In this document: positions 29,501 to 39,581 of the stretch, one piece after another
Layout: each line of letters opens with the position of its first letter
How positions within the stretch are numbered: position 1 is the stretch's first letter
Assembly: GCA_963803805.1 (NCBI GenBank)
Contig: CAWDOD010000009.1
Location: forward strand, 191,322 to 255,321
From: an uncultured cyanobacterium
GTDB lineage: Bacteria > Cyanobacteriota > Cyanobacteriia > Cyanobacteriales > CAWCAG01
DNA length: 64,000 nt
Direction of reading: 5' to 3'
The notes under the pieces: model-generated
Told to the model about the DNA's origin: nothing
Database searches by the model: none
What the model saw: only the letters and a program-made list of their open reading frames with translations
Made by a program: the position numbers and the translations under genes

Positions 29501-32500
29501 GTCTCATTATTGAGTGTACCGGCATTACTACTAGTGATTTCCCAAGTACTATTGAGGTTGTCGCCATTAACAATATCAATCTCTCCTCCTCCAATAATAC
29601 TTTCTACCACACCACCATTAAAGGTGAAAGTATCCACAGCATCACCACCTTGAAGGATGTGGATATTTTCAAACTCCGCCGTTACATTCAGTTTCCCGGC
29701 ATTGTCACCTGTTATTTCCCAATCGTTGACAATATTATCCCCAATTAAAGTATTTTCCCCTTCACCTCCAGTAATACTAGTGAAGTTGCCGCTTTGCAGT
29801 ATAAACTTATCATCACCCTCACCCCCAACAATGCGGTCGAATTTTTCAAACAGCATCCTGTTGTTAGCAGTGTTAACAACTTCACCACCATTAGCACTAG
29901 TAATTGTCCAATCACTATCAACATCATTGCCGATTAAGGTACTACCTGCATTCGCTGTACCAATTATTCTTTCAATACTTCCTGCTTGAGGTTTGTTTAA
30001 ATCAACGGTAATGGCAATTTTATAGGGAGAATAATCGAGAGTATCTTGGCCATCTCCCCCTTCAACAGAGGCAAAGCTATTAACGGGGTTAAAGGGATCT
30101 GTGAAGACGAAACTATCATTCCCTGTACCCCCTAGAAGATTTTGAATGTTATCAAAGATAGTTTGATTACCGTTGTCAAATATGCCTTGATTAGGTGCTG
30201 TTAAACTCCAAGTATTGTTGGTGTTGCTGCCAATTAAGGTGTTGTCACCTAAGCTTCCGTCAAGACTATTTACTGAACCGTTTGTATCAAAGGTGAAGCG
30301 ATCGCTAGCGTTATTGCCAATAAGATTTTGGATATTGCTGAAATTTGTCGAGCCGTATAAGTTATTCAGAGTCCCTTGGCTAACATCGGTAATCGCCCAA
30401 TTATTACTCAAGCTGAAACCCAAGAAATTGTTATTAGCAAACAATTTATTATTATCGCCAAGATTGCCATCAATCCTACCACTTATCCTACCACTACCAA
30501 TAAGGTTAAATGTATCACTCTTATCGCCTCCAACAAGGTTTGAGAAGTTGTTAAATTCTATTCCTTGAGCAATAGTTTTGCTATTAAATACTTTGCCACT
30601 GTTGAGACTAGTTATATCCCATTTACTCTCAATGTTTGCTCCAGTTAAAGTAGATGAAGTAGCTTGTATTGTGCCATTAATTTTTTCAATACCTATAGCA
30701 CCTAAGTTGTCCAAATTAACACCAGGATCTGAAGCATAGAGACTGTAATCTAGGGTATCAACTGTACCTCCGTTACCATTAATACTGCCGCTAAAAGTTG
30801 CAGTATTAGCAAAGGTAAAGATGTCTTCACCATCGTTGCCTTCTAAAGCTTCAATATTATCAAAGCTATTTTTACCATTCACAGTACCTGTTTCGCTGCC
30901 AGTAATTGACCAATTATTTTTTTGATTAGGGCCAAAAATGCTATCTTTCTTATTACCGCCACCACCAGAGATATTCTCAACATTGCCACTAACAAGTCTA
31001 AACTCGTCTTTATTGTTGCTACCAACAAGGTTTTGCATACTTGAAAAGTTAACACCATCAAGATTTCCAGCGTTATCAGCAGTAATAGTCCAAGTGGAAT
31101 CACTGTTTTTAGTACTTGTTAAGGTGTTAACTCCTAAACCACCATCTAAAAGAGTAGGAGAAGCATTTTTTAAATCAAATTGATCGTTTCCTGCACCACC
31201 AACTACATTGCCAATGCTACCTTGATTAAGCTTAAATGTATCTACACCAGCCCCCCCTATTAAGTTTTCAACACTGCTAAATTTATCTGCACCGTTAGTA
31301 ATATCTCCTTGATAATTACCATCAACTTTCCAAGTGCGATTAGTAGCATTACCAACTATCGTATCTATACCGCCACCAGCATCAAGATCGTCAACAACGC
31401 CACCATTGAGATTGATATTATCGTCACCCCCTCCGGCATTGATATTCTTGATACTTCCTCCGTTGAGGCTGAAAGTATCTACAGCATCACCACCATTCAA
31501 CGTCTCTATAGTGTTGAAGTTTGTTACATCAACAGTACCTACTCCTGTACCAGTAACAGTCCATGTACGGGCTAGGTTATTTCCGGTGATGGTATCGTTA
31601 TTTCCTCCGCCACCACTAATAGTACCAACAACAGCGCCATTTAAGTTAAAGTCATCGCTTTCTTGACCACCATTAACTGTGGTAACACTGCCACCATTTA
31701 AGTTGAATTGATCGCTACCATCGTTGCCACTAATGCTGGTAAAATTGCCACCATTAAGATTAAATGTATCTTCATTGTCACCACCTTGAAGATTATCAAA
31801 GTCAGAGAAATTAACCCCGTCAACGCTATTATTTATAGCGGTTAAAGTCCAAGTGTTGTTATTGTTTTCCCCTTTCAAAGTACTAGTAGCAGCATTAGTT
31901 GAACCAACAATCCTAGCAATGTCGTTAATTTTAAAACTGCCTAAATCAACTGTTAAAGGAATTGTGTAGGCACTGTAGTTAAGTTCATTCGTGCCACCGT
32001 TACCGTTAATTGTGCCAGTGAATTGGCCATTATTACTAAAAGCAAAGGTATCGTCACCAGCTTCCCCATTAAGATTTTCAATTCCAGTGAAGTTGCTACC
32101 ATCTACATCACCAGTGTTGTTTCCTGTTATATTCCAGGTGATAGCATCCCCTGCTACGCTACTTCTGGTTAAGGTATCTTTGTCATTGCCACCAACAATG
32201 CTAGTGACACTGCCACCATTAAGAGTGAAAGTATCATCTTCTCCCTCTCCATTTACAGTATCAGCATTACCACTATTGAAAGTGAAGTTATCGTCTCCTC
32301 CTCCTCCTTTTACTGTTGCTGTAGTGTTTTGATTAAAAGTAAATGTGTCTGCATTGTCACCACCATTAACAACAGTAGCATCACCACCAGCAAAAGTAAA
32401 AGTGTCATTTCCTCCTTCTCCGTTTACAGTACCAACCGTGCCAGAGTTGAAGTTAAATTGATCAGCATTGTCACCACCATTAACTGTAGCTACATTACCA

Positions 32501-34536
32501 CCATTGAAGTTAAACTCATTATTACCGTTGCCACCATTAATAGTGTCAACGCTACCGCCATTAAGATTAAATGTATCTACATTGTCCCCACCTTGTAAGT
32601 TGCTAAAGCCATCAAAATTAAGATTATCTACAATACCACTATTGTTACCAGTAATATCCCAGTTGTTAGCCCCATCAGTAACTGTTAAAGTTGCATCAAC
32701 TCCTGTCCCTGTTGCTGCTGCATTTTTACCAGTAAGATTGGCAGCAACACAAACTTTGTTACCTGTAATATTGATATCACCGCTACCTGCATCTAGTTGG
32801 GCTTTAATGTCCACAGAAGAGTTATTACTAGTTTTGTTGCCCGTAATATCGATGTTGCCACCAGCAGTATTGATAGTGTTATTAACACTAATCCCATCAC
32901 CAGCAATAAGAGTTAAATTAAGGGAATCATTAGAACTAGTATCGTTGTCTTTGATCGCACCATCAATAACAATATTATTAGCTGCATCAAGAGTTAAACC
33001 AGCATTACCAACACCATTAAAGTTTAAATCAGTACTAAGAGTAATATTTCCTTCTTGATTATTACTACCTCCTGCCCCTGTCGCGACGCTAACATTATTA
33101 CCACCGTTTAGGGCTGTGATAATTTGCTGTACACCCAACTTAGCATCATCATCTATAGATACAAAAGGATCTGCATTGTTAATATTAGTAGTGGCGTTAC
33201 CCGCAACAATCTCGATATTATTCGGATCAACTAACCAAGTTCCCCCCTCCCCTGCCACAGCAGAAACATCAGGATTTCCTGTAACATCCAAATAACCTTT
33301 GCTACTAGTTTCGACAAAACCACCATCACCACCATTCACTCCCCCGGTAGCACTAATTTCCCCATAAACACGGCTAGTTTCATCACTCCAAGCAATTACC
33401 CTACCACCATCACCCACATCCTTAGCATCGGCTTTGATGGTAGAATCAGCGCTTATGTAAGTAACCTGGGCATTGGGTACTGTGCCTTGCCCTTTGTAAT
33501 CTCCCCCAATTAAGACTTCTCCCCCACCGTTACTACCAGAAGCATCTATTTCTCCACCAACAACCCCAACAATGTCCCCTAGGATGTTAATTTGTGCTTT
33601 GCTTCCTGTACCAGAGGCATCAACTTTACCAGAAACAATTGCTGTTGCCCCTTCACCAGGAATAGTTATTTCCTTTAATTTAACTTCTCCCTCCTCTACC
33701 TTCAATCCCGTTTCAACTTCTGTGGCTGCCCCGGTTAATAATTTAGGCAGATCCGTTGCTTTGAGAGGTAAAACTTTCCCTGTGGCATCTCTGGGGGGTT
33801 CGATTTCTAAACTAAGAATGTTACCAGGCTTGGAGATTTTAACCTTACTACTCCCTGGTATTGCTGCTATGGTAATGCCGCCACCTGATGCTGTTACTGT
33901 GCCAGTATTAATTACCTTACCTGCCACTAAAGAGATACTTTTTCCGGCTTCTACTTCTAAGTCTCCAGCGTTAATAATTGCCCCTGGTTGGGTTAAATCA
34001 AAGGCTAATGCTGTGGGGTTGCCTACTAAATCTTGATAGTTGTTACTACCGACAGATTCAAACCAACTATCGCCGAAACCTATCCCTGTGGCTGTGGTGG
34101 CGGTAAAATCTCCCGCTACGTTTAAACTAGCATTGCTACCAAATACTATTCCTGCTGGGTTCATTAAGTAAAGGTTAGAGTTTCCCCCAGTAACCTGAAT
34201 CAAACCATTAATAACTGAAGGATCTCCCCCTACCACTCTGCCTAAAATATTGGTAATTTGAGGGTTGCTTAAGAAGTTGGCAACTTGATTAGGGTTTAAA
34301 CCAAATTGTTGAAAACTATGAAATAAATTTCTCCCGTCGCCAGAAAATGAGCCGCCTGTGATCTCAAATTGATTACCGTTAACACCAACGATTGTTCCTG
34401 TACCATCGGTTGCCGTGGTTATAGATTGGGCTAGAGTTGGAGAAGCGTAGTAAAATGAAGATATGGTCAGGAATAAAGCCCCTAATATATCCATCCACCA
34501 CAAGAGGAAACCAAGACTTTTTCTGGCGACTTTCAT
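26542..34536 (-). CDS. Giant exported protein: filamentous-haemagglutinin N-terminal (TPS) domain, Gly/Asn/Asp-rich beta repeats, C-terminal CHAT domain
   Basis: Signal peptide; NLFHSFQQF, LMNPAGIVFG; many GG.G.D.F and W.ITG.N.G repeats; CHAT HLATHAEF, LVLSACRTA, SLWSVDD, HPYYWSGF..IGNPW. Confidence 0.9.
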   Translation of the reverse strand: MKVARKSLGFLLWWMDILGALFLTISSFYYASPTLAQSITTATDGTGTIVGVNGNQFEITGGSFSGDGRNLFHSFQQFGLNPNQVANFLSNPQITNILGRVVGGDPSVINGLIQVTGGNSNLYLMNPAGIVFGSNASLNVAGDFTATTATGIGFGDSWFESVGSNNYQDLVGNPTALAFDLTQPGAIINAGDLEVEAGKSISLVAGKVINTGTVTASGGGITIAAIPGSSKVKISKPGNILSLEIEPPRDATGKVLPLKATDLPKLLTGAATEVETGLKVEEGEVKLKEITIPGEGATAIVSGKVDASGTGSKAQINILGDIVGVVGGEIDASGSNGGGEVLIGGDYKGQGTVPNAQVTYISADSTIKADAKDVGDGGRVIAWSDETSRVYGEISATGGVNGGDGGFVETSSKGYLDVTGNPDVSAVAGEGGTWLVDPNNIEIVAGNATTNINNADPFVSIDDDAKLGVQQIITALNGGNNVSVATGAGGSNNQEGNITLSTDLNFNGVGNAGLTLDAANNIVIDGAIKDNDTSSNDSLNLTLIAGDGISVNNTINTAGGNIDITGNKTSNNSSVDIKAQLDAGSGDINITGNKVCVAANLTGKNAAATGTGVDATLTVTDGANNWDITGNNSGIVDNLNFDGFSNLQGGDNVDTFNLNGGSVDTINGGNGNNEFNFNGGNVATVNGGDNADQFNFNSGTVGTVNGEGGNDTFTFAGGDATVVNGGDNADTFTFNQNTTATVKGGGGDDNFTFNSGNADTVNGEGEDDTFTLNGGSVTSIVGGNDKDTLTRSSVAGDAITWNITGNNTGDVDGSNFTGIENLNGEAGDDTFAFSNNGQFTGTINGNGGTNELNYSAYTIPLTVDLGSFKINDIARIVGSTNAATSTLKGENNNNTWTLTAINNSVDGVNFSDFDNLQGGDNEDTFNLNGGNFTSISGNDGSDQFNLNGGSVTTVNGGQESDDFNLNGAVVGTISGGGGNNDTITGNNLARTWTVTGTGVGTVDVTNFNTIETLNGGDAVDTFSLNGGSIKNINAGGGDDNINLNGGVVDDLDAGGGIDTIVGNATNRTWKVDGNYQGDITNGADKFSSVENLIGGAGVDTFKLNQGSIGNVVGGAGNDQFDLKNASPTLLDGGLGVNTLTSTKNSDSTWTITADNAGNLDGVNFSSMQNLVGSNNKDEFRLVSGNVENISGGGGNKKDSIFGPNQKNNWSITGSETGTVNGKNSFDNIEALEGNDGEDIFTFANTATFSGSINGNGGTVDTLDYSLYASDPGVNLDNLGAIGIEKINGTIQATSSTLTGANIESKWDITSLNSGKVFNSKTIAQGIEFNNFSNLVGGDKSDTFNLIGSGRISGRIDGNLGDNNKLFANNNFLGFSLSNNWAITDVSQGTLNNLYGSTNFSNIQNLIGNNASDRFTFDTNGSVNSLDGSLGDNTLIGSNTNNTWSLTAPNQGIFDNGNQTIFDNIQNLLGGTGNDSFVFTDPFNPVNSFASVEGGDGQDTLDYSPYKIAITVDLNKPQAGSIERIIGTANAGSTLIGNDVDSDWTITSANGGEVVNTANNRMLFEKFDRIVGGEGDDKFILQSGNFTSITGGEGENTLIGDNIVNDWEITGDNAGKLNVTAEFENIHILQGGDAVDTFTFNGGVVESIIGGGEIDIVNGDNLNSTWEITSSNAGTLNNETTFTTIETLNGNAQEDTFIFNNSIFFDGTINGGVGQDTLDYTNHSNSLFAYIDQQGGLSINATQAENITNLLGGKAFYNYLFGGDVDNNWNITEIDGGKVNQLNFRDFNRLYGGSDDDTFAVNGGSINYVDGGLGNNTLIGDNQNNDWTITGTDRGWVNNVSNFNRIQNLIGGNGNDTINFWESFFNKGTITGNIDGKAGDLTLIGNEIDYQGKLSGTGNLVIQPSSPFQDILIGRQTDTNLPFYLDLTANEINNIQDGFQSITIGQENAPHQLYILGDTTFNDPTTLQSRLIAGSGNNIFGKDNASINLITSNGMSVGDITTNGGKVTLSNNIGKIATGAIATSGGDVSLTNNNGAIITEDIDTSGNNGGKVEITATLPIRRFNLKNTLIAIETGNINTSGKNGNGGAVFLESVGNIRIATINTQGTLDGGEIDIITDPYIQITDTFTSSNGLLASISSVGGVNGGKITIRHGGQGLIAFEIGDATVNGSAGTITSGNFLLSPIQAFSGKKQQGNILITPDRFAINTFEARALSTEAVTSPLDGDADSTVTRLEEGFSDSYEQHLGLDKVPNITLDQAQNTLRKIEDVTGLRSGLVYVFFKPAEVETAQTAQKSTIWQFNPEQVNSKTNVEELLPQNREVKPTDQLEIVLVTSSGDLIRQSVPGATREEVTKLVKQFRRRITNVSRPDAYKQPAQELYKILIKPIEDNLQSKELNNISFIMDAGLRSLPLAALYDGEQFIIEKYSLGLMPSLSLTDPNYQDLRQTSVLAMGASEFAEKDNLPAVPVELSHIVTRFGSVTTFLNEEFTLNNLLTAREQNSFGIVHLATHAEFESGKPSNSYIQIGNQKLPLDQLNTLQLENPQVDLLVLSACRTALGDQEAELGFAGSAAIAGVKSVLGSLWSVDDGGTLGLMSNFYEQLHKVPVKAQALQKAQLAMIRGEVRLEAGQLITQDISLELPEQFSDLGDLELTHPYYWSGFTLIGNPW

Positions 34537-34731
34537 AGTTCTACTTTCAATAAAGAACTTTTAGTTATTTCAGAGATGATGAAATCAAGTCTTGACCAGG
34601 ATGTAAATAAATACGCCTAAGCGTTTTAGAGATAGTTATTAAGATAACATCACAAGCTCTTCTAGGGAAATCCCGTAAATCTCGGAGCTTTTATAATAGT
34701 AAATAGGAACTTAATAAAAAGAGGTAAGGAT

Positions 34732-36054
34732 ATGGCCCATAATCCTGCCATAATGCAAGCAGTTGAACAGCTAGATTACCGAGTTACCGTCGGCGATGTT
34801 GCGGCGAATGTTGGTTTAGAACTTAACGAAACTCAACAAGGATTACTTGCTTTAGCCTCCGATGCTGGAGGACATTTGCAAGTAGCAGAATCAGGAGATA
34901 TTGCCTACGAGTTTCCGAAAAACTTCCGCTCTATTCTCAATAATAAGTATTGGCAATTACGGTTTAAAGAATGGTGGCAAAAGGTTAGCAAAACCTTATT
35001 TTATTTACTCCGCATTTCTTTTGGTATTGTCCTTATTCTTTCTATTGTTTTGATGTTAGTGGCGATCGCTGTTATTTTTATCGCCCTCAACAGTTCTCGC
35101 GACGGCGATGATGGGGATAATCGTTCTGGTGGTAGTTTCAACTTTTTTTATCTACCTCGTTTTTGGTTTGGTCCAGACATTTTCTGGTGGTTCAATCCGG
35201 GGTACGATTCTTATTATCAAAGGCAGTCTCGCCGCAAGAGTTCCTCAGAAAAACCGAAGATGTCTTTCTTGGAGGCAATCTTCTCTTTTCTATTTGGGGA
35301 TGGTGATCCGAATTGGAACTTAGAAGAAAGACGCTGGCATGATATTGGGGCAACCATTCGTAACAACAGGGGGGCAGTAATCGCCGAACAAATTGCCCCT
35401 TATATGAACGATTTAGACAGAAATAGCAGCGTCTATGAATACGAAGAATATATGCTGCCTGTGTTAGCCCGTTTCAACGGCTATCCGGAAGTATCTCCCC
35501 AAGGTGGCATTATTTATCACTTCCCAGAATTGCAAGTTAGTGCCTCTAAGCGAAAACAACAATCCGTCTCCTCTTATTTGAAAGAATTACCTTGGCATTT
35601 CACCGAAGCAACTAGTGGCCAAAGTATGTTTGCGGTAATTTTGGGGGCGGCTAATTTCATCCTGGCTTTAGTTTTGGGTGCAATGTTACGTAGTCCCGAT
35701 TTAGCTATTCAATCTATTGGTTTGATTGCCTTTGTCAACTCCATTTATTGGTTTCTACTTGGTTATGCCGCTGCCTTTTTGGGCATACCCTTGATTCGCT
35801 ACTTCTTAATACAAAGGAAAAATAGCCGCATCGAAAAGCGTTCCCTTAAACGTCAAGAATTAGCGATCACTTTAAATGAAGCAACTCCTGAATTACAAAA
35901 TAAGCTAGCCTTTGCCCGTAAATTCGCTGCTAACAAAGCCATTGATAAAAACGATCTTGCCTATTCCAGCGAAAAGGATTTGTTAGAGCAAAACTTAGAA
36001 CAAGCTGACAAAATAGATGCTGAGTGGCAGAGGCGTTTAAACGAAGGTTCCTAA
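34732..36054 (+). CDS. Conserved cyanobacterial/plastid membrane protein of unknown function
   Basis: VTVGDVAA, ALASDAGGHLQV, FSFLFGDGDPN motifs recalled from a family with chloroplast homologues. Confidence 0.7.
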   Translation: MAHNPAIMQAVEQLDYRVTVGDVAANVGLELNETQQGLLALASDAGGHLQVAESGDIAYEFPKNFRSILNNKYWQLRFKEWWQKVSKTLFYLLRISFGIVLILSIVLMLVAIAVIFIALNSSRDGDDGDNRSGGSFNFFYLPRFWFGPDIFWWFNPGYDSYYQRQSRRKSSSEKPKMSFLEAIFSFLFGDGDPNWNLEERRWHDIGATIRNNRGAVIAEQIAPYMNDLDRNSSVYEYEEYMLPVLARFNGYPEVSPQGGIIYHFPELQVSASKRKQQSVSSYLKELPWHFTEATSGQSMFAVILGAANFILALVLGAMLRSPDLAIQSIGLIAFVNSIYWFLLGYAAAFLGIPLIRYFLIQRKNSRIEKRSLKRQELAITLNEATPELQNKLAFARKFAANKAIDKNDLAYSSEKDLLEQNLEQADKIDAEWQRRLNEGS

Positions 36055-36124
36055 CTTTGGCAATATTGAATTAAGTGAGGGAAAAAATGCTTTCAAGTTT
36101 TACAAATGATTTGGAAATACGATT

Positions 36125-36592
36125 ATGTATAACAAAATTTTAGTAGCTTTAGATCGTTCTTCTCAAACTGAAGCTGTTTTTCAAGAAGCTTTGGAATTAG
36201 CCCAAAATAATCAATCCAACTTGATGTTGCTCCATTGTATGGCTATTCAAACTCAAGGGGTAGGAGCTTTTTCTGACCTTTATGGTAATAGCATTAGTAG
36301 CTTTTCACGACAAATTAATGATAGTTTAGTCAAAGAAGGGGAAGAAATCAAGAAATGGCTTTCTCAATACCATCAACAAGCTTTGGAAAAAGGCATAAAT
36401 ACAGAATGGGACTGTAAGTTAGGAGATGCCGGAAGTTGGATTAGAGAAATAGCCACAACTTGGCAAGCGGACTTAGTGATTGTCGGTCGTCGAGGGCATA
36501 GAGGGCTAACAGAAATGCTGCTTGGTAGCGTCAGCAATCATGTTATTCACCATGTACCTTGTTCTGTTTTGGTAGTGCAAGGTGATAAGTAA
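36125..36592 (+). CDS. Universal stress protein
   Basis: YNKILVALD, DLVIVGRRG...LLGSVSNHV...PCSVLVV. Confidence 0.93.
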   Translation: MYNKILVALDRSSQTEAVFQEALELAQNNQSNLMLLHCMAIQTQGVGAFSDLYGNSISSFSRQINDSLVKEGEEIKKWLSQYHQQALEKGINTEWDCKLGDAGSWIREIATTWQADLVIVGRRGHRGLTEMLLGSVSNHVIHHVPCSVLVVQGDK

Positions 36593-36619
36593 TAGGTAAT
36601 GGGTAATAGGTAATGGGTA
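36590..36619. repeat. STRR-type heptamer tandem repeat (TAATRGG)
   Basis: TAATAGG TAATGGG TAATAGG TAATGGG; similar arrays near 17750, 37178 and 46073. Confidence 0.7.
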
Positions 36620-36671
36620 CAACTATAGCTTATTGATTTATTATTAAGCTGTTGATTCGTTATTATTAATA

Positions 36672-37034
36672 ATGCAGATTACTAAATGCCTTCACACTGC
36701 CATATTAGTCTCAGACTTAGACAAAGCTGAAGAATTTTATGGTCAAGTTTTAGGTTTAACAAAAATAGAGCGTTCCCTTAATTATGCTGGGGCTTGGTAT
36801 CAAGTTGGGGACTATCAAATTCACCTCATTGTTGATGCTCAAGTTGAGGTTAAACTGTTTAATCAAGAGAAGTGGGGACGTAATGCTCATTTTGCCTTTA
36901 GTGTTACTGATATTGAAGCAGCAAAAGAGCGTTTGCAAAGCAAAGGTTATCCTTTACAATTAAGTTCGTCAGGTCGTGCTGCCTTATTTACTCAAGATTT
37001 AGATGGTAACATAGTTGAATTAAGTCAGTGTTAG
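36672..37034 (+). CDS. VOC/glyoxalase-family protein
   Basis: HTAILVSDL..A..FY..VLG, HFAF, D.DGNIVEL. Confidence 0.9.
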   Translation: MQITKCLHTAILVSDLDKAEEFYGQVLGLTKIERSLNYAGAWYQVGDYQIHLIVDAQVEVKLFNQEKWGRNAHFAFSVTDIEAAKERLQSKGYPLQLSSSGRAALFTQDLDGNIVELSQC

Positions 37035-37204
37035 TAAACAATTTTAGTGTTGATAGTACTTTAGCTTGCGTATTTTTTTATATGCTTCTAGTTCTTCCAT
37101 TACTTAGATTTCTTTCGAGTGAATTTTATATTTGTAAAAATATTTATCATACAGATCCAATTTAGTTAATTCACTCTCAGCAACTAGCAACTAGCAAATA
37201 GCAA

Positions 37205-38131
37205 CTAGCCATTAGCAATAATATCTTTTAAAGCTGGTTTTAAATCAGCATATTTATATTGAAAACTAGAAGATTGAGTTCTTTTTGGCAAAACTTGTTG
37301 CCCTTCCAAAACAACTTGCGCCCCTTCTCCTAATAGTAACTCTAAAGCAAAATCAGGTACTGGCAGCCAAGAAGGGCGGTTCATAACCTCACCTAAAGTT
37401 TGACAAAATTCGTTCATTCTCACTGGATTAGGGGCAGTTCCATTATAAATCCCTTCCATTTCTGGCTGCTTAATAGCGGCAATAATTAGGTTAACTAAAT
37501 CTTCTCTGTGAATCCAAGAAAACCATTGACGACCTGAACCTAAAGGACCACCTGCAAACATTTTAAAAGGAGGAATCATCTTCGCTAAAGCACCACCGTC
37601 TCCCAAAACAATGCCTGTACGAATGATAACTAATCTTACTCCAGCGCCCCTTACTTTTTGCGCTTCTGCTTCCCAAGCTTGGCAAACTTGAGCGAGAAAA
37701 TCATCACCTGAAGGACTATTTTCTACAAAGGTTTTTGTTTCACTAGTACCGTAATAACCAACAGCAGAACTATTAATTAATACTTGAGGTTTAATCTCTG
37801 CTTTCTTAATTCCTTCGACTATTTGTCTAGTTCCTAATTCTCGACTTGCTAAGATTCTTTGCTTTTCTTCTTTTGTCCAACGAGTATTAGCAATAGGTTC
37901 GCCGGCTAAGTTTACTACAGCACTGCAACCAGAGAGTTTGTTTTGCCAAGTGCCTGATTGGGTAGGAGTGTAGTCAACTATTTCTAATTTAGGGAAAGTT
38001 GAGGGCGGAAATATTTGTTGGGCGCGTTCTGGTTTGCGAGTAAAAACTAAAATATCTTGCCCTTGTTGATAAAGCTTTTCTACTAAAAGCTTACCGACAA
38101 AACCAGTTGCCCCGGTAATAGCTATTTTCAT
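37205..38131 (-). CDS. TIGR01777-family NAD-dependent epimerase (cyanobacterial SulA/ThyD-like)
   Basis: ITGATGFVG, VVNLAGEPI, SAVGYYG, GGPLGSGRQW.SWIH. Confidence 0.9.
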   Translation of the reverse strand: MKIAITGATGFVGKLLVEKLYQQGQDILVFTRKPERAQQIFPPSTFPKLEIVDYTPTQSGTWQNKLSGCSAVVNLAGEPIANTRWTKEEKQRILASRELGTRQIVEGIKKAEIKPQVLINSSAVGYYGTSETKTFVENSPSGDDFLAQVCQAWEAEAQKVRGAGVRLVIIRTGIVLGDGGALAKMIPPFKMFAGGPLGSGRQWFSWIHREDLVNLIIAAIKQPEMEGIYNGTAPNPVRMNEFCQTLGEVMNRPSWLPVPDFALELLLGEGAQVVLEGQQVLPKRTQSSSFQYKYADLKPALKDIIANG

Positions 38132-38224
38132 AAAATTGATGGTTGATTGTACTTATTAATATCTATTTGTGGGAAGTATGAAGGGTAATTCTTTTCATAC
38201 TTCACTATCTTATAGTTCCAAAAA

Positions 38225-38338
38225 CTATTCCGGTTCGCCCCCTTGGATTTTAAGTAGTAAAAAGCCCCAGGCTAAACCAATTAAGACTAAAACAATACAT
38301 AAAATTGCTGTGTTAAACATCAGTGTTTGGGCGTTCAT
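38225..38338 (-). CDS. petM: Cytochrome b6f subunit VII
   Basis: 37 aa [37 protein letters not shown] with the Pet[12 protein letters not shown] signature. Confidence 0.9.
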   Translation of the reverse strand: MNAQTLMFNTAILCIVLVLIGLAWGFLLLKIQGGEPE

Positions 38339-38435
38339 GAATTTTTCTCCTCGGTTAAAATTAGTAAAATATACCAGTCTATTGCTTATTATATAGCTCT
38401 GGTGAAGTACATCGGACAATATTTAGCACCGCCTA

Positions 38436-39497
38436 ATGCCCACAGTTAAGAGAAATAACAAAATCAAGCTGGCGATCGCCTTGGGAGATCCAGCAGGAAT
38501 TGGTTCTGAAGTGGTTTTGAAGGCTTTAGCAAAACCTTTGGTGAGAGAAAAAGCTCAAATAACTCTCTTTGGCAGTCGCAGCCTTTTAAATGCAGCCTAT
38601 CAACATCTCAGCCCCATTTGTAAAAGTAGGGGAGAATCCTTAGCTAATCCAGAAGAGGTGAGGATTGTTGATATTCTGGTTGAGGAAGGGATGGCAAAGC
38701 AAATCAGCTTTGGGACTGGGAATGCAGCTAGCGGGGCTGCTAGTTTTGCTTATTTAAAAGCAGCGATCGCCGAGACGATTAAAGGAGATTTCCAAGGCAT
38801 TGTTACCGCCCCCATCGCTAAATCCTGCTGGAAAGCTGCTGGGCATAACTACCCAGGGCAAACAGAAGTTTTAGCCCAAAGTGCGGGAGTAGATAAATTT
38901 GCTATGATGTTTGTGGCGCGATCGCCCCATACTAATTGGCGACTTTGTACCCTCCTTGCCACAACTCATATACCTTTACACCAAGTTCCTGCTGCCCTAA
39001 CTCCAGAGTTGATGAGTTTGAAGTTGGATTTACTCATCGAGTTTTTAAAAACAAGCTGCGGTTTGCAAAAACCGAAAATTGTTATTTCTGGCTTAAATCC
39101 CCATAGTGGAGAGGCGGGACAACTGGGTACAGAAGAACAGGATTGGTTAATTCCTTGGTTAAAGCAACAAAGAATTAAGCATCCTCAAGTTACCTTAACA
39201 GGGCCTGTACCTCCTGATACCATGTGGGTAAAACCAGGGCAAGCTTGGTATGGCAATGCCCCAGGTTCTCAAATCCAGTTGGGGGATGCTTACTTAGCCC
39301 TTTATCATGACCAAGGTTTAATTCCCGTCAAACTAATGGCCTTTGATCGGGCAATTAATACTACCATCGGTTTACCTTTCATTCGTACCTCCCCTGATCA
39401 CGGCACAGCCTTCGATATTGCCGGGCAAGGAGTTGCTGATTCTACTTCTATGCAAGAAGCAATGAAGTTAGCCGCAGAATTGCTAGCTAATCGCTAG
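38436..39497 (+). CDS. pdxA: 4-hydroxythreonine-4-phosphate dehydrogenase
   Basis: [41 protein letters not shown]. Confidence 0.96.
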   Translation: MPTVKRNNKIKLAIALGDPAGIGSEVVLKALAKPLVREKAQITLFGSRSLLNAAYQHLSPICKSRGESLANPEEVRIVDILVEEGMAKQISFGTGNAASGAASFAYLKAAIAETIKGDFQGIVTAPIAKSCWKAAGHNYPGQTEVLAQSAGVDKFAMMFVARSPHTNWRLCTLLATTHIPLHQVPAALTPELMSLKLDLLIEFLKTSCGLQKPKIVISGLNPHSGEAGQLGTEEQDWLIPWLKQQRIKHPQVTLTGPVPPDTMWVKPGQAWYGNAPGSQIQLGDAYLALYHDQGLIPVKLMAFDRAINTTIGLPFIRTSPDHGTAFDIAGQGVADSTSMQEAMKLAAELLANR

Positions 39498-39557
39498 TAA
39501 GGGCGGATTTATCAATATGTTTAATAACATCATAAATTTAGTAGAACCTGCCCCTAC
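39497..39557. repeat. GTAG-type REP-like imperfect palindrome
   Basis: GTAAGGGCGGATTT...GAACCTGCCCCTAC. Confidence 0.65.
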
Positions 39558-39581
39558 AATTGATAACTGTTCATTGGAAAA

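Noticed and set aside
28900..32700. Repetitive DNA as a possible CRISPR or tandem array
   Set aside because: Repeats are degenerate, in-frame protein repeats, not identical repeats with unique spacers; no cas genes
27227..34036. Many plus-strand ORFs of 60-196 aa opposite the giant haemagglutinin gene
   Set aside because: Antisense shadows of Gly/Asn-rich repetitive codons (PPL-rich translations); no independent coding signal
38169..38419. 75-aa plus-strand ORF and 64-aa extended minus-strand ORF
   Set aside because: The real gene is the 37-aa petM starting at 38338; the others are an antisense shadow and an upstream extension
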